This document shows, in pieces, positions 26,020-38,025 of a DNA stretch of 64,000 bases (position 1 is its first letter; each line of letters starts with the position of its first letter). Location: the NCBI RefSeq assembly GCF_006345805.1, contig NC_043022.1, positions 14,570,001 to 14,634,000 on the forward strand. Reading direction: 5' to 3'. The notes under the pieces are model-generated. The model was not told the origin of the DNA, searched no databases, and saw only the letters and a list, made by a program, of their open reading frames with translations. The translations under genes and the position numbers were made by a program. This DNA is from Octopus sinensis. Taxonomy: Eukaryota.

Positions 26020-26480
26020 CTGCCCTTACTCCGAGATAACTCCCTCCCTCCCTCTCTGCTCTCCTAGATCTCTCTTCCATATATTTCTCTCTCTTTACCT
26101 CCACCCTTACTCCAAGATATCTCCCTCCATCCTCTCCTAGATCTCTCTTCCGTCTCCCTTTCTCGAATCTCTCTCTCTCTCTACCTCCACCTTTACTCCG
26201 AGATATCCCCCTCCCACCATCCTCTCTGCTCTCCTAGATATCTCTTACATCTCCCTTTCCGAAATCTTTCTCTCTTTGTCTCTCCCCCTTTACTCTGAGA
26301 TATCTCCCTCTCCGCTCTCCCAGATTTCTCTTCCATCTCCCTTTCCCAAATATTTCTCTCTCTCTCTCTCTGTCTCTCTTTACCTCCACCCTTACTCCGA
26401 GATATCTCCCTCCTTCCCTCCATGCCTCTTACTCTCCTACATCTCTCTTCCATCCTCCTGTTCCCAAATATTTCTCCTAC
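26020..26480. repeat. Pyrimidine-rich degenerate minisatellite
   Basis: The anchor TTACTCCGAGATA recurs at ~26027, 26108, 26194, 26291 and 26392. Confidence 0.75.
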
Positions 26481-27959
26481 CGCTGTCTCTCTTACTCTCC
26501 CCTAACTCTTACTCTCTTTCTCTCTCACTCTCCCCTAACTCTTACTCTCCCTGTCACTTCTCTGATAAATACCAAGTACCCCCTACCCCCTCCAGCTCTT
26601 ACGAGCCAAGGAAGAAGTTTACAGATCACTCAATTTGCTAGAAAAAGCAGTCAAAACCGACAGTTTACTCATTTCTTTAAACTAGGAAGGGCCCAGGTTA
26701 ATATTGCCCTAGATATACCACGCCTGAAAATAAGGCCTTCGTTTGTAGGTGCCTTTAGTTAGAGCAGATCTTGAGAGCTGAACGACACCATCGTGTCACT
26801 GCCAACGTCCTTGGTCATGTTCTCTGTTCTCAAAGACTGTCGCACCTCCAAACTATCGTTTCTTTTAACACCAGGGCTGCCATCATCGTCTTTTATCCTG
26901 TTTCATTCATTAGACTGGCCATGCTGGGGCACCACCTTGAAGTTTTGATTGAACAAATTAATGTCCAGCACAATATGAGTGGCTGTGTGGTAAGTAGCTT
27001 GCTTACCAACCACATGGTTCCAGGTTCAGTCCCACTGCGTAGCACCTTGGGCAAGTGTCTTCTACTATAGCCTCGGGCCGACCAAAGCCTTGTGAGTGGA
27101 TTTGGTAGATGGAAACTGAAAGAAGCCTGTTGTATATAATAATAATAATGCCCAATAATGATAATGTTTTGTTATAGGCCCATGGCATGAAATATTTCTT
27201 TCCAGGGTCAGGTAAAATACTTCACTTTGTAAAGACTAATTTGTTACAACTCTCGAAGGTTGCCCTCTCAGATTCACAGATATTGCAGTGTTATTTTATT
27301 TTTGTTTCTATTTCTACCAGTTCTAGCTATCATGTAGAGGTATTACACATTGGGTAAAAGACAATACAGGTAGATCAGCTAATTATGATTTCATTCAACA
27401 TTGAACCTTTAGGAGCAGGTGACAAATGACTGAGATATCTCACAGTTGAGTTATTTCTTATGACAAATTTCATTTTCTGATCAATCATAACCAAATTCTT
27501 TGTCACTGAGCCACAGATTTCGAAAATCAAATCTGTTTTTCTTCAGGATACATCATTTCAGCGACAAATTTACAAACATACACTCCCGTTTATACAGAGA
27601 TCTTTCTGACCGCCCGGTTGAGTAGGAAGGCAGCACAGTGACCAAGGAAGCTGTGGGCACAAGCCTGGGTGAAGCTGACCACAGGAGCAGATCTTGGTGG
27701 TGGTAGAAGCAAATAATATGATATATAAATCAATTTAAAAAGCCTTTTTTTTTTTTGCCTGCTTGTAATTGCACATGCTGTATTACACATCCTGAGCAAG
27801 GTTCAATCCCTGCCAGGAGCACTATCTTACTTATTAATCAATGTCCTTACCTACAAGGGCATCCAAACAGGTTCGCCCAATTTGCGATTAATTACTGAAC
27901 TACAGCTATGATGGGATAGAGATTTCTTTTTGATCTTTAGTTCTGATAGATTTAAATAT

Positions 27960-29300
27960 TCCTAAATTTACTACATTATTGGTGAGTGTCTTGGTAGTCT
28001 TGTGGGTAGAGACATTATTAGACATTGAATATCCTGGGCAGGGTTCAATCCCACCCAGGGCCTGCATTAAGGGGGTCTTACTAAAATTTTTCACTTTTTT
28101 TTTTATCTCTAGAGAAAAAAATGAAAATGTTTAATAAGACCCCCTGTAATTCCTGGCAGAGATTCGAAACCTCCACTTGTGTCTGGTTACTACTTCTAAA
28201 CACCCTTACCTACTGAGCCACCAAAGCAGCAACAATTTATATGAGAAAATTAAGATACTTAAATTTACTTTAAAAATTTATTTATTATAAGCATATGAGG
28301 GAGATCTGGTTACTATGTGAAGGCTGCCTTGTAGCCCCTTCTTTGCACACATACACACACACACAGTATTTTGGTTACATAAATATAAGTATTTAATAAT
28401 GTTGTGGCAGAGATTTGAAACCTCCTCTTCTAGATATCCTGATCTGTGAAAATGAAGAGATTTGAATTAAATTTATTTCAGTTATTGGGCTTACTACAAA
28501 GAGTTGAATGAGTTTTGGTTGCTATGACAACGCTGTTTTATGACCTCCACTTCTTCACACACAATCTTTTTGTTGATGGAAATTTGGTTGCTTAAATAAA
28601 AATATTTAATAAGACATCTTGTAAGTTCTGGCAGAGATTTGAAACCTCCACTTGTATGTTATATTACCACTTTGCAACACCCATACCTACTGAGAAAATC
28701 ATCAATAATTTTAAAGATAAAATTAAGATATTTAAATTTATTTCAATTAATGGAATTACCTTAAAGATTTGATGGTGATTTGATTACTCTGGGAAGGCTG
28801 CCTTGTGGCCAATTCTTCACACACAATCTTTTTGTTAAGGGAAATTTGGTTGCTGAAATGGAAATATTTAATGAGACATCTTGTAACTTCTGGTAGAGAT
28901 TTGAAACTTCCACTAGAGTGTTTTGTTATTATTTCTCAACACCCTTACCTATTGGGGCCATCAAAGAAGTATCTTAATTTTCTCTTAAAAATTGTTATTT
29001 GAATTTATTTCAATTATTGGGCTTACTACAAAGAGTTGAATGACTTTTGGTTGCTATGACAAGGCTGTCTTATGACCCCCAATTCTTCACACACAATCTT
29101 TTTGTTAAGGGAAATTTGGTTGCTTAAATGAAAATATTTAATGAGGCCCTATGTAATTCCTGGCAGAGACCTGAAACTCTACAGGTGTGTTCAGTTACTA
29201 CTTGTAAGCACACTTACCTCCTGGGCAATCAAAGAAATAACAACTTTAAAGAGAGAATTACGATAATTAAATTTATTTCAATTATTGGGTTTACTATTAA
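27960..29300 (-). repeat. Degenerate ~225-270-bp tandem array with tRNA-like A/B boxes
   Basis: The anchor CTGG(C/T)AGAGA recurs at ~28152, 28404, 28628, 28890 and 29160. Confidence 0.7.
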
Positions 29301-29611
29301 GATTTGTGCCCCCCCCCACGCCTACTACTACTACAATAACCATGTCAGACCTCATTCTGTTAATCATCAATACACTCCAACCTCTGGTCTACACATGTCC
29401 ACTCACTGCATTTTCTACTGCTACTCTAGTGGCCTCTGCTCCACAGAGCTTAGTGGGATGAGCTCCAGCTGCCTCTTCTCAGGTACACACTTCTGCTTAC
29501 ACGTGTCTCACCCCCACCTAACATTGTGTCCATTCACCCTTGCTCTAATCTCTACTCCCTCCCCCCATAATTCATTCCCTCTGGAATGTTTTCCTTGCAT
29601 ATGTTTTTTCT

Positions 29612-30093
29612 TTAACCCTTTCTTTACTGTATTTATTTTGAGATGCTCTGTGTTTCTTTCAATTACTTTAAATATAACAAAGAATTTATTAAAACAACTT
29701 AGTCACAGTTTATGTTCCTAACACTAGCTTAATGATAACTAAGATTTGGTGGAAGATTTTAATTCAGAACTTATGGAAACAAGACATTTGTACTACATAG
29801 CCAGAGGCAGTTTCATCTAGGTTGGTATCGAAAGGGTTAAGAATTGTTTCTCTATTATATATTTTAACCTTTTTGTTACCATATTTCTGTTGAGATGCTC
29901 TGTGTTTCTTTCAATTAATTTTAAATATAACAAAGGATTTAGTAGAATAACTTCGTTATCATTAAGCTAGTGTTAGGAACATAAATTGTGACTAAGGTTT
30001 GGTGGAAGATTTTAATGAAAAACTTATGAAAACAAGACATTTGTACTACAGAGCCAGAGCTGGTTTTGGCCGGGTTGGTAACGAAAGGGTTAA
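29612..30093. mobile_element. piggyBac-type TTAA MITE, tandem dimer
   Basis: TTAA-CCCTTT...AAAGGG-TTAA ends; two ~220-bp units separated by a 23-nt spacer. Confidence 0.8.
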
Positions 30094-30935
30094 TCATATG
30101 ACTGGTGCCTCCTTAACGAGATCGTTAACCATTTAGTGTCCAGATTACTCTGTCAAATGTAACGTTTATTTATTCACGTTGTTTTGAAGCGATCCTGCGT
30201 TATTGTTTCAGGCTTTGAAACTTCAATGAACGTAACTATTTATTTTCAGAGAGACATTGTAGGGTAGGTGTGAGAGACTGGATCTAGCCAGTTGGAGCAT
30301 AAAACATAAACCAAGTAGAATATTTGGTCTAAGTGTGTCCAAGAGGCTGCTCGTCTCAATGGATGGTGGTCTTGGAGCATCAAAGCAATTATTTTTTTCA
30401 GCAGGATCAATGCTATGAGCAAATACTTGGCCATTGGTTAAAATTTCGGGTTTCATCAATAATATAACTTGCTAAACCATCCAGGAGGCATTGAGGGAGC
30501 CCAATAGATATAGCAGCTAAATATCTTTCAGATAACACCTTACTTGTAGAAGAAAAATAAACAGGCGCAGGAGTGGCTGTGTGGTAAGTAGCTTGCTTAT
30601 GAACCACATGGTTCTGGGTTCAGTCCCACTGCGTGGCACCTTGGGCAAGTGTCTTCTACTATAGCCTTGGGCCGACCAAAGCCTTGTGAGTGGATTTGGT
30701 AGACGGAAACTGAAAGAAGCCTGTCGTATATATGTATGTGGTCAACTTTGTCTTTCATCCTGTCAGGGTCAATAAAATAGGCACCCAGTAGAAATGGGCA
30801 CCCCAGTTGAAATAGGTGCCAAGTAAAAATGGGTACCCAGTAGAAAGAATAATTTTGTGCTTGTCTTTGATAGCCAGTCCTTTAAGTTTGGTCAACTTTT
30901 GAATTTGTCTCCCCGTTTTCCTTCTTTGTAGTCCC

Positions 30936-31415
30936 TTAACCCTTTCGATACCAACCTAGCCGAAACCGGTTTTGGCTCTGTAGTACAAATGTCTTGTTTA
31001 CAAAAGTTTTGAATTAAAATCTTCCACCAAACCTTAGTCACAATTTATGTTCCTAACACTAGCTTAATGATAACTAAGTTATTTTACTAAATTCTTTGTT
31101 ATATTTAAAATTAATTGGAAGAAACACAGAGCATCTCAACAGAAATAGAGTAACAAAAGGATTAAAATATATAATAGAGAAACAATTCTTAACCCTTTCG
31201 ATACTAACCCATCTGAAACTGCCTCTGACTGAGTACAAATGTTTCGTTTTCAAAAGTTTTGAATTAAAATCTTCCACCAAACCTTAGTCACAATTTATGT
31301 TCCTAACACTAGCTTAACGATAACTAAGTTATTTTACTAAATTCTTTGTTAGATTTTAAAGTAATTGAAAGAAACACAGAACATCTCAACAGAAATAGGG
31401 TAACAAAAGGGTTGA
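30936..31415. mobile_element. piggyBac-type TTAA MITE, tandem dimer (opposite orientation)
   Basis: Reverse complement of 29612-30093, including the spacer. Confidence 0.8.
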
Positions 31416-33084
31416 ACTACCATTGCCTTAAGCCTTGTCTGGGACAAAATATCTCAATATTTCTTTGAGTGGATAGGGGTCTAAATTGTGTCACATTGTG
31501 CCATGTATCATACTGCATCCTTAATTTTAATCAAAATTGTTTTTTGTGGTGGGTGGGTGGGGGTGGGGCAAAAGCAAATAACACCCAGTTTGAGGGTAGC
31601 ATATTGTGTTACCTACATAGAGCTGGGTGGTGTCGACCAAGTAACCGAGTACAAACTGGGTGGCGAGTACCTTATGAACCTGGTCATTTACTACACACAC
31701 ACATATATATATATACATACTGAACATATATATACACATAAAGACTAAAATATACACATACCATGCATAATAGAAAATACATACACGGTAAGACATACAT
31801 GCCATACATATACATGCATACATTCATATACATATACACATATATACATATACATGCATATACACTATGAAGAGCATGCCTATGTGCTCCCCACCCCCCT
31901 CGCCATTCCATCCCATTCATACCTACTGATGGGGAGGCTGGATTCGTCAATTGCTTTCAACCTTCTCCCCTCCCCCCCCACCACCAACTACAACAGGCTA
32001 ATCGCGCCCCTTCCACCCCCACCACCGGTCCCCCCACTCATCACCCAACCAACTGCACAACCGCCTCCGCTGCCTCCACCACCACCACCGCCGCTGCTAC
32101 CCCCCTTCCTCCCTCCCCCTCGCCGCCCTTTCCTCGAGGCTTAACAGGAAACCAGGTTAATGCGATGTGGCTGGCATTCATAGACATATGCTTATATAAG
32201 TCCATGTCTGAGAGAGAGAGCAGAGAGAGAGAGAGAGAGGGAGAGAGAGAGCAGAGAGATGGAGAGAGAAAGAGAGGGGGAGAGAGAGAGAGAGCAGAGC
32301 ATCAGACAAAGCCTAGACCTGATGATAACAAATATAATAATAATAATGATACTGTTTATTATTAGTAGTGGTGGTGACTCTTGGCTTGGCCTGGCAATGT
32401 GTAATATGCACATACATACACGTGTGTGTGTGGGTATGGCTGGGTGTGTGTGTGTCTGTGTGTGTGTATGGGCATGTGTACGTGTGTGTGTGTATGGGCG
32501 TGTATAAGCATGTGTGTGTGTGTGTCTATGGACGTGTATGGGCAATTGTGTCCATGTGGGCATGTACGTGTGTAAATGTGCGTGTGTAAGTGTGTGTGTA
32601 CATGTGGTGGGGAGGCATTCTTGTAGTCAGCCACACCCACTTCTACAATCACAAATGCAATATTCTCACATACAGTCTCCTCCACCACCACCACCACCAC
32701 CACGCTACAGCTATTTCATACATTCTCTCTTCTACTCCTTTCTGCCTGCCTCTCTGTCTGTCTGTCTGTGTGTCTATAAAATCACTCTTCTCTGCGGAGA
32801 GAGAAATGTCTATAGATATCAGATGTCAAACATGGCATTAGTAACACCAATCTGGAATGCAACAGACCTGTCTCATGTGGTTCCGACACCAACAGCAGTG
32901 TCATACACAGTGGACCATTCCTTAAGAAGGATCTGTGTTTATGTAAAGGCAAAGGGTGCGTGTCTGGGTTCAATCCCATTCTGTGGTGCCTTGGGCAAGT
33001 GTCTTCTACTCTAATCCTTGGGCCGACCAAAAGCTTTGTGAGTCAATTCCGTAGATGGAAACTGAAAGAAGCCAGTTTACTCTT

Positions 33085-33272
33085 TAACTCGTTTCAGTCA
33101 TTTTACTGCAGCCATGCTGGAGCACCGCCTTTAGTCGAACAAATCGACCCCGGGACTTATTCTTTGTAAGCCCAGTACTTATTCTATCGGTCTCTTTTGC
33201 CGAACCGCTAAGTTACGGGGACGTAAACACACCAGCATCGGTTGTCAAGCAATGCTAGGGGGACAAACACAC

Positions 33273-33305
<33 letters not shown>

Positions 33306-33477
33306 CACATATATACGACGGGCTTCTTTTAGTTTCTGTCTGCCAAATCTACTCACAAGGCATTGGTCGGCCCGGGGCTATAGCAGAAGACACTTGCCCA
33401 AGGTGCCATGCAGTGGGATTGAACCCGGAACCATGTGGTTGGTTAGCAAGCTACTTACCACACAGCCACTCCTGCGC
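33085..33477 (-). mobile_element. SINE family A
   Basis: Reverse complement of the consensus. Confidence 0.85.
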
Positions 33478-33634
33478 TTTTGTGTGTGTTCGTTTCAGTC
33501 ATTTGATTGTGGCCATGCTGGAGCACTGCCTTTAGTCGAACAAACCAACCCCAGGACTTATTCTTTGTAAGCCTAGTACTTATTCTATTGGGGTCTTTTG
33601 CCAAAGCAATGGTGGTGGGACAAACACAGACACG

Positions 33635-33675
<41 letters not shown>

Positions 33676-33681
33676 GTACAT

Positions 33682-33852
33682 AGGCGCAGAAGTGGCTGTG
33701 TGGTAAGTAGCTTGCTAACCAACCACATGGTTCCGGGTTCAGTCCCACTGCGTGGCACCTTGGGCAAGTGTCTTCTGCTATAGCCCCGGGCCGACCAATG
33801 CCTTGTGAGTAGATTTGGTAGACGGAAACTGAAAGAAGCCTGTGGTATATAT

Positions 33853-33904
<52 letters not shown>

Positions 33905-34112
33905 TTGTGTGTCTGTGTTTGTCCCCTAGCATTGCTTGACAACCGATGGTGGTGTGTTTACGTCCACATCACTTAGCGGTTTGGCAAAAAGAGACCGATA
34001 GAATAAGTACTGGGCTTACAAAAAATAAGTCCCGGCGTCGATATGCTTGACTAAAGGTGGTGCTCCAGCATGGCCGCAGTCAAATGACTGTGACAAATAA
34101 AAGAGTAAAAGA
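33682..34112 (+). mobile_element. SINE family A, full length
   Basis: Matches the consensus; inverted relative to 33085-33477. Confidence 0.85.
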
Positions 34113-34600
34113 GTACGTACATGATGGGCTTCTTCCAGGCTTTGGTTGGCCCGTGGCTATAGTAGAAGACACTTACCTAAGGTGCCACGTAGTGCAACTG
34201 AACCTGGAACGTATGTATATTGAAGAAAAGGAGGAAGTCAGAATTTTGGATAATTCTTTATTAGCACTTTCATTCATTCATTGAACTCAAGACAAAATCG
34301 AAATGGTAAAAACAGAACGTTTTGTGGTTAATTCATAAGAATCGGATGTTTTTTTGGTTTGTTTAAAGAATAATAATAAAGTGGTAAAATGACCATGAAC
34401 AACCTTTCTTGACAGACACCAAAACCATTTAGCAGATATTGATGTCACCTTGCATGGTATGGGAATAACTTTAGACAGCAATATACCGATCAGTGGAGCA
34501 TTCATCTGCAGTATTTCTCCACAGTCGTATTAGTTGGGTACAGCTAATACCACTGGTATTATTATAGTATTATTATAGTAGAGCAAACAACAATAGGGCT

Positions 34601-34783
34601 TAATGAGGGCAAGCAACAGTAGGAGTTAATGAGGGCAAACGACGGTAGGCATTAATGAGGGCAAACGATAGTAGGAGTTAATGAGGGCAAATGACTGCAG
34701 GGGTTAATGAGGGCCAATAAAAATAATTGTAGGGACTAATGAGGGCAGAGGCAAACGACAACTGTAGGGACTAATGAGCGCAA
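34601..34783. repeat. 26-bp minisatellite with TAATGAGGGC core, 7 copies
   Basis: Cores at 34601, 34627, 34653, 34679, 34705, 34737 and 34772. Confidence 0.9.
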
Positions 34784-35267
34784 ACAGAGTAGGATAACGG
34801 CAAAATAGGGCTAACACCATTGTTATCATCATTTAATGTTTGTGTTCCGTGCTGGTTTTTATGTTGGGTGGTTTGATGGGGTCTGATGAACCACGGGGGT
34901 CTGCGTCGGGCCCCCAATGTCGGTTAACAGAACTCAAGAGAGTTGTGGGTTGCGATGACAACATTGGGGGCAGACGTCATCATTGTTGTCGTCATCACGA
35001 TAAAAATAACAGCAAAAACAACATCCTTGTTATGCGCAACGTTCTTGGAATGCTGCCACATGTAGCTCACCACCACCACCACCACCATCATCATCATCAG
35101 TACTACTGGCATCATCATCATCATCATCATCATCACCATTATAGCCATCACCCCCCCCACCTCGACCATTAAACTGTAGACTAGACTGCTGTTGGTTTGT
35201 TATATTCACCTATTTTCTCATTGTCTCTGCAGTGGCAATGGTTGCTATTGCAGCAGCTGCACTCTTT

Positions 35268-35336
<69 letters not shown>

Positions 35337-35357
35337 ATAATAATAATAATAATAATG
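35268..35357. repeat. (TAG)n(TAA)n trinucleotide repeat
   Basis: Directly visible in the sequence. Confidence 0.95.
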
Positions 35358-35399
35358 ATTCCCACTATAGGCTCAAGGTCTGAAATTTTGGGGTAGGGG

Positions 35400-36135
35400 G
35401 GACCAATTGATTATAATGTCCCCCAGTATTTGACTGGTACTTATTTTGTCGACTCTGAAAGGATGAAGGGCAAAGTCGACCTGGGTGGGATTTGAACTCA
35501 GAACGTAAAGACAGACGAAATACCGCTAAGCATTTCGCCCGGCGTGCTAACGTTTCTTATTTCTTTATTGCCCACAAGGGGCTAAACATAGAGGGCACAA
35601 ACAAGGACATACAATGGGATTAAGTCAATTATATCGACTCCAGTGTGTAACTGGTACTTAATTTATCGACTTTGCGTTTCATCCTTTCGGGGTCGATAAA
35701 TTAAGTACCAGTTACACACTGGGGTCGATGTAATCGACTTAATACCTATGTCTGTCTTTGTCCCTTCTATGTTTAGCCCCTTGTGGGTAATAAAGAAATA
35801 GGTACTTAATTTATCCAACCCAAAAGGATGAAAGGCAAAGTCGATCTCGGTGGAATTTGAACTCAGAACGTAAAGACAGACAAAATACCGCTAAGCATTT
35901 TGCCCGGCATGCTAACGTTTCTTATTTCTTTATTGCCCACAAGGGGCAAACAAGGACAGACAAACAGATTAAGTTGATTACATTGACCCCCAGTGTGTAA
36001 CTGGTACTTAATTTATCTACCCCGAAAGGATGAAAGGCAAAGTCGACCTTGGTGGAATTTGAATTCAGAACATAAAGACAGACGAAATACCGTTAAGTAT
36101 TTCACCCAGCGTGCTAACCATTCTGCCAGCTCTTC
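35400..36135. mobile_element. Rearranged cluster of SINE family B copies in both orientations
   Basis: Several bodies with strand switches at ~35665 and ~35780. Confidence 0.75.
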
Positions 36136-36439
36136 ACCTATAATAATAATAATAATAATAATCCTTTCTGTTATAGGCACAAGGCCTGATGTTTGTGGGA
36201 AGGGGGCCAGTTGATTAGATCAACCCGAGTACACTTGACTAAAACTTCAAGGTGGTGCCCCAGCATGGCCTCAGCCTAATAACTAAAACAAGTAAAAGAT
36301 AATATAGGTTGAAAATGGTGAATCCATTTCGGTTACGAAATAGACAATATTTCATGCCATACAGAATGTGCTTTGTATCCCTCCCCTCAAAAAAAATGTC
36401 TCAGAAATTCACCTCAGCTTGTATTCTTTCCTTCTTTTC

Positions 36440-36680
36440 TTCTTCTTCTTTTACTTGTTTCAGTCATTGGACTGTGGCCATGCTGGGGCAGTCTTAAAAG
36501 GGTTTTTCAGTCGAAGAAATCAACCCCAGGACCTATTCTTTGTAAGCCTAGTACTTATTCTATCAGTAACCTTTGCCGAATTGCTAAGTTACGGGGATGT
36601 AAACACACCAGCATCAGTTGTCAAGCAATGTTGGGGGGATACAAACACAGACACACATAAATATATACATATATACGATG

Positions 36681-36716
<36 letters not shown>

Positions 36717-36885
36717 TACACACACATACATGACGGGCTTCTTTCAGTTTCCACCTACCAAATCCACTCACATGGCTTTGGTCGGCCCGAGGCTATAGCA
36801 GAAGACACTTGGCCAAGGTGCCATGCAATGAGATTGAACATGGAGCTATGTGGTTGGGAAGCAAGTTTCTTACCAAACAGCCTGT
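36440..36885 (-). mobile_element. SINE family A (diverged)
   Basis: Reverse complement of the consensus. Confidence 0.75.
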
Positions 36886-37534
36886 GCAAAATTTAACATG
36901 ATTTAACATTTTTTTTTCTCTCTGAATATGCATTGCTAAAATTAGGGTCCCTCTATTATCCCTGTACATACTTCATGCCATCAAACTAGGTTTATCTATT
37001 TCTTTACAGCCCACAGGAGGCTAAACATAGAGGGGACAGACAAAGCAATTAAGTTGATTACAACGACCCCAGTGCCTAACTGGTACTTATTTAATCGACC
37101 CTGAAAGGATGAAAGGCAAAGTCGACCTCGGTGGAATTTGAACTTGGAATGTAACGGCAGCCGAAATGCTGCTAAGCATTCCACCCAGTGTTCTAACGAT
37201 TCTGCCAGCTCGCTGCCTTAAGCTGGGTATATCATTAACATCATTGTTTAACGTATGTTTTCCATGCTGGTATTGGTTGGACAGTTTGACAGGAACTGTA
37301 CCAGGTTCCATTGTCTGTTTCAGCACCGTTTCCACAGCTCAATGCCCTTCTTAACTTCAACTGTTTTACAGTGGCTTGGGTGCCCTCCACATGGTGCCAG
37401 CCAGTCTAAGTGCCTTTCCACGCATGCGCTGCTGAAATTGAGGTGTGTTTGATATACCCGTCGGTCTTTTATGCCATCAAATATGGCATTTTTGTTTTTA
37501 TTAAACGTTATTAAAAAGCACCTTGTTTTGTGTG

Positions 37535-38025
37535 GAGGCACGTGGCTTAGTAGTTAGGGTGTTGAACTCATGATCGTAAGGTCGTGGTTTCAATTCCTGG
37601 ACCGGGCGATGCATTGTGTTCTTGAGCAAAACACTTCATTTCACTTTGCTCCAGTCCACTCAGCTGGCAAAAATGAGTAATCCTATTTCTTTACTACCCA
37701 CAAGGGGCTAAACATAGAGGGGACAAACAAGGACAGACAAAGGGATTAAGTCGATTACATCGATCCCAGTGCGAAACTGGTACTTAATTTATCGACCCCG
37801 AAAGGATGAAAGGCAAAGTTGACCTTGGCGGGATTTGAACTCAGAACGTAACGGCAGACGAAATACCGTTAAGCATTTCGCCTGGCATGCTAACGTTTCT
37901 CCCAGCTTGCCGCCTTATAAATGAGTAATCCTGCGAGGGACTGGCGTCCTGTCCAGGTGGGGAATTCCTACGCCACTGAAACCGGCCCTTATGAACCTGG
38001 CATGGCTCGAGAAGGAAAGGAACCT
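37535..38025 (+). mobile_element. tRNA-derived SINE family D, split by a family B insertion
   Basis: Head TGGCTTAGTAG...GGTTTCAATTCC and core GCAAAACACTTCATTTCACTTTGCTCCAGTCCACTCAGCTGG. Related copies at ~39135-39350 (-), 49447-49525, 57898-58180 and 60250-60435 (-). Confidence 0.7.
37685..37918 (-). mobile_element. SINE family B with 14-bp TSD
   Basis: AAATGAGTAATCCT duplicated at 37671-37684 and 37919-37932. Confidence 0.9.

Noticed and set aside
28152-28222. Functional tRNA gene
   Set aside because: No recognisable anticodon arm, and it is embedded in a degenerate tandem array. Reported only as tRNA-like.
34601-34783. CRISPR-like repeat/spacer pattern
   Set aside because: The core is only ~10 nt, the linkers are short and mutually similar, there are no cas genes, and the context is eukaryotic.
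34840-35172. 110-aa His-rich ORF
   Set aside because: It is driven by CAC/CAT repeats, with no splice sites or family similarity recognised.
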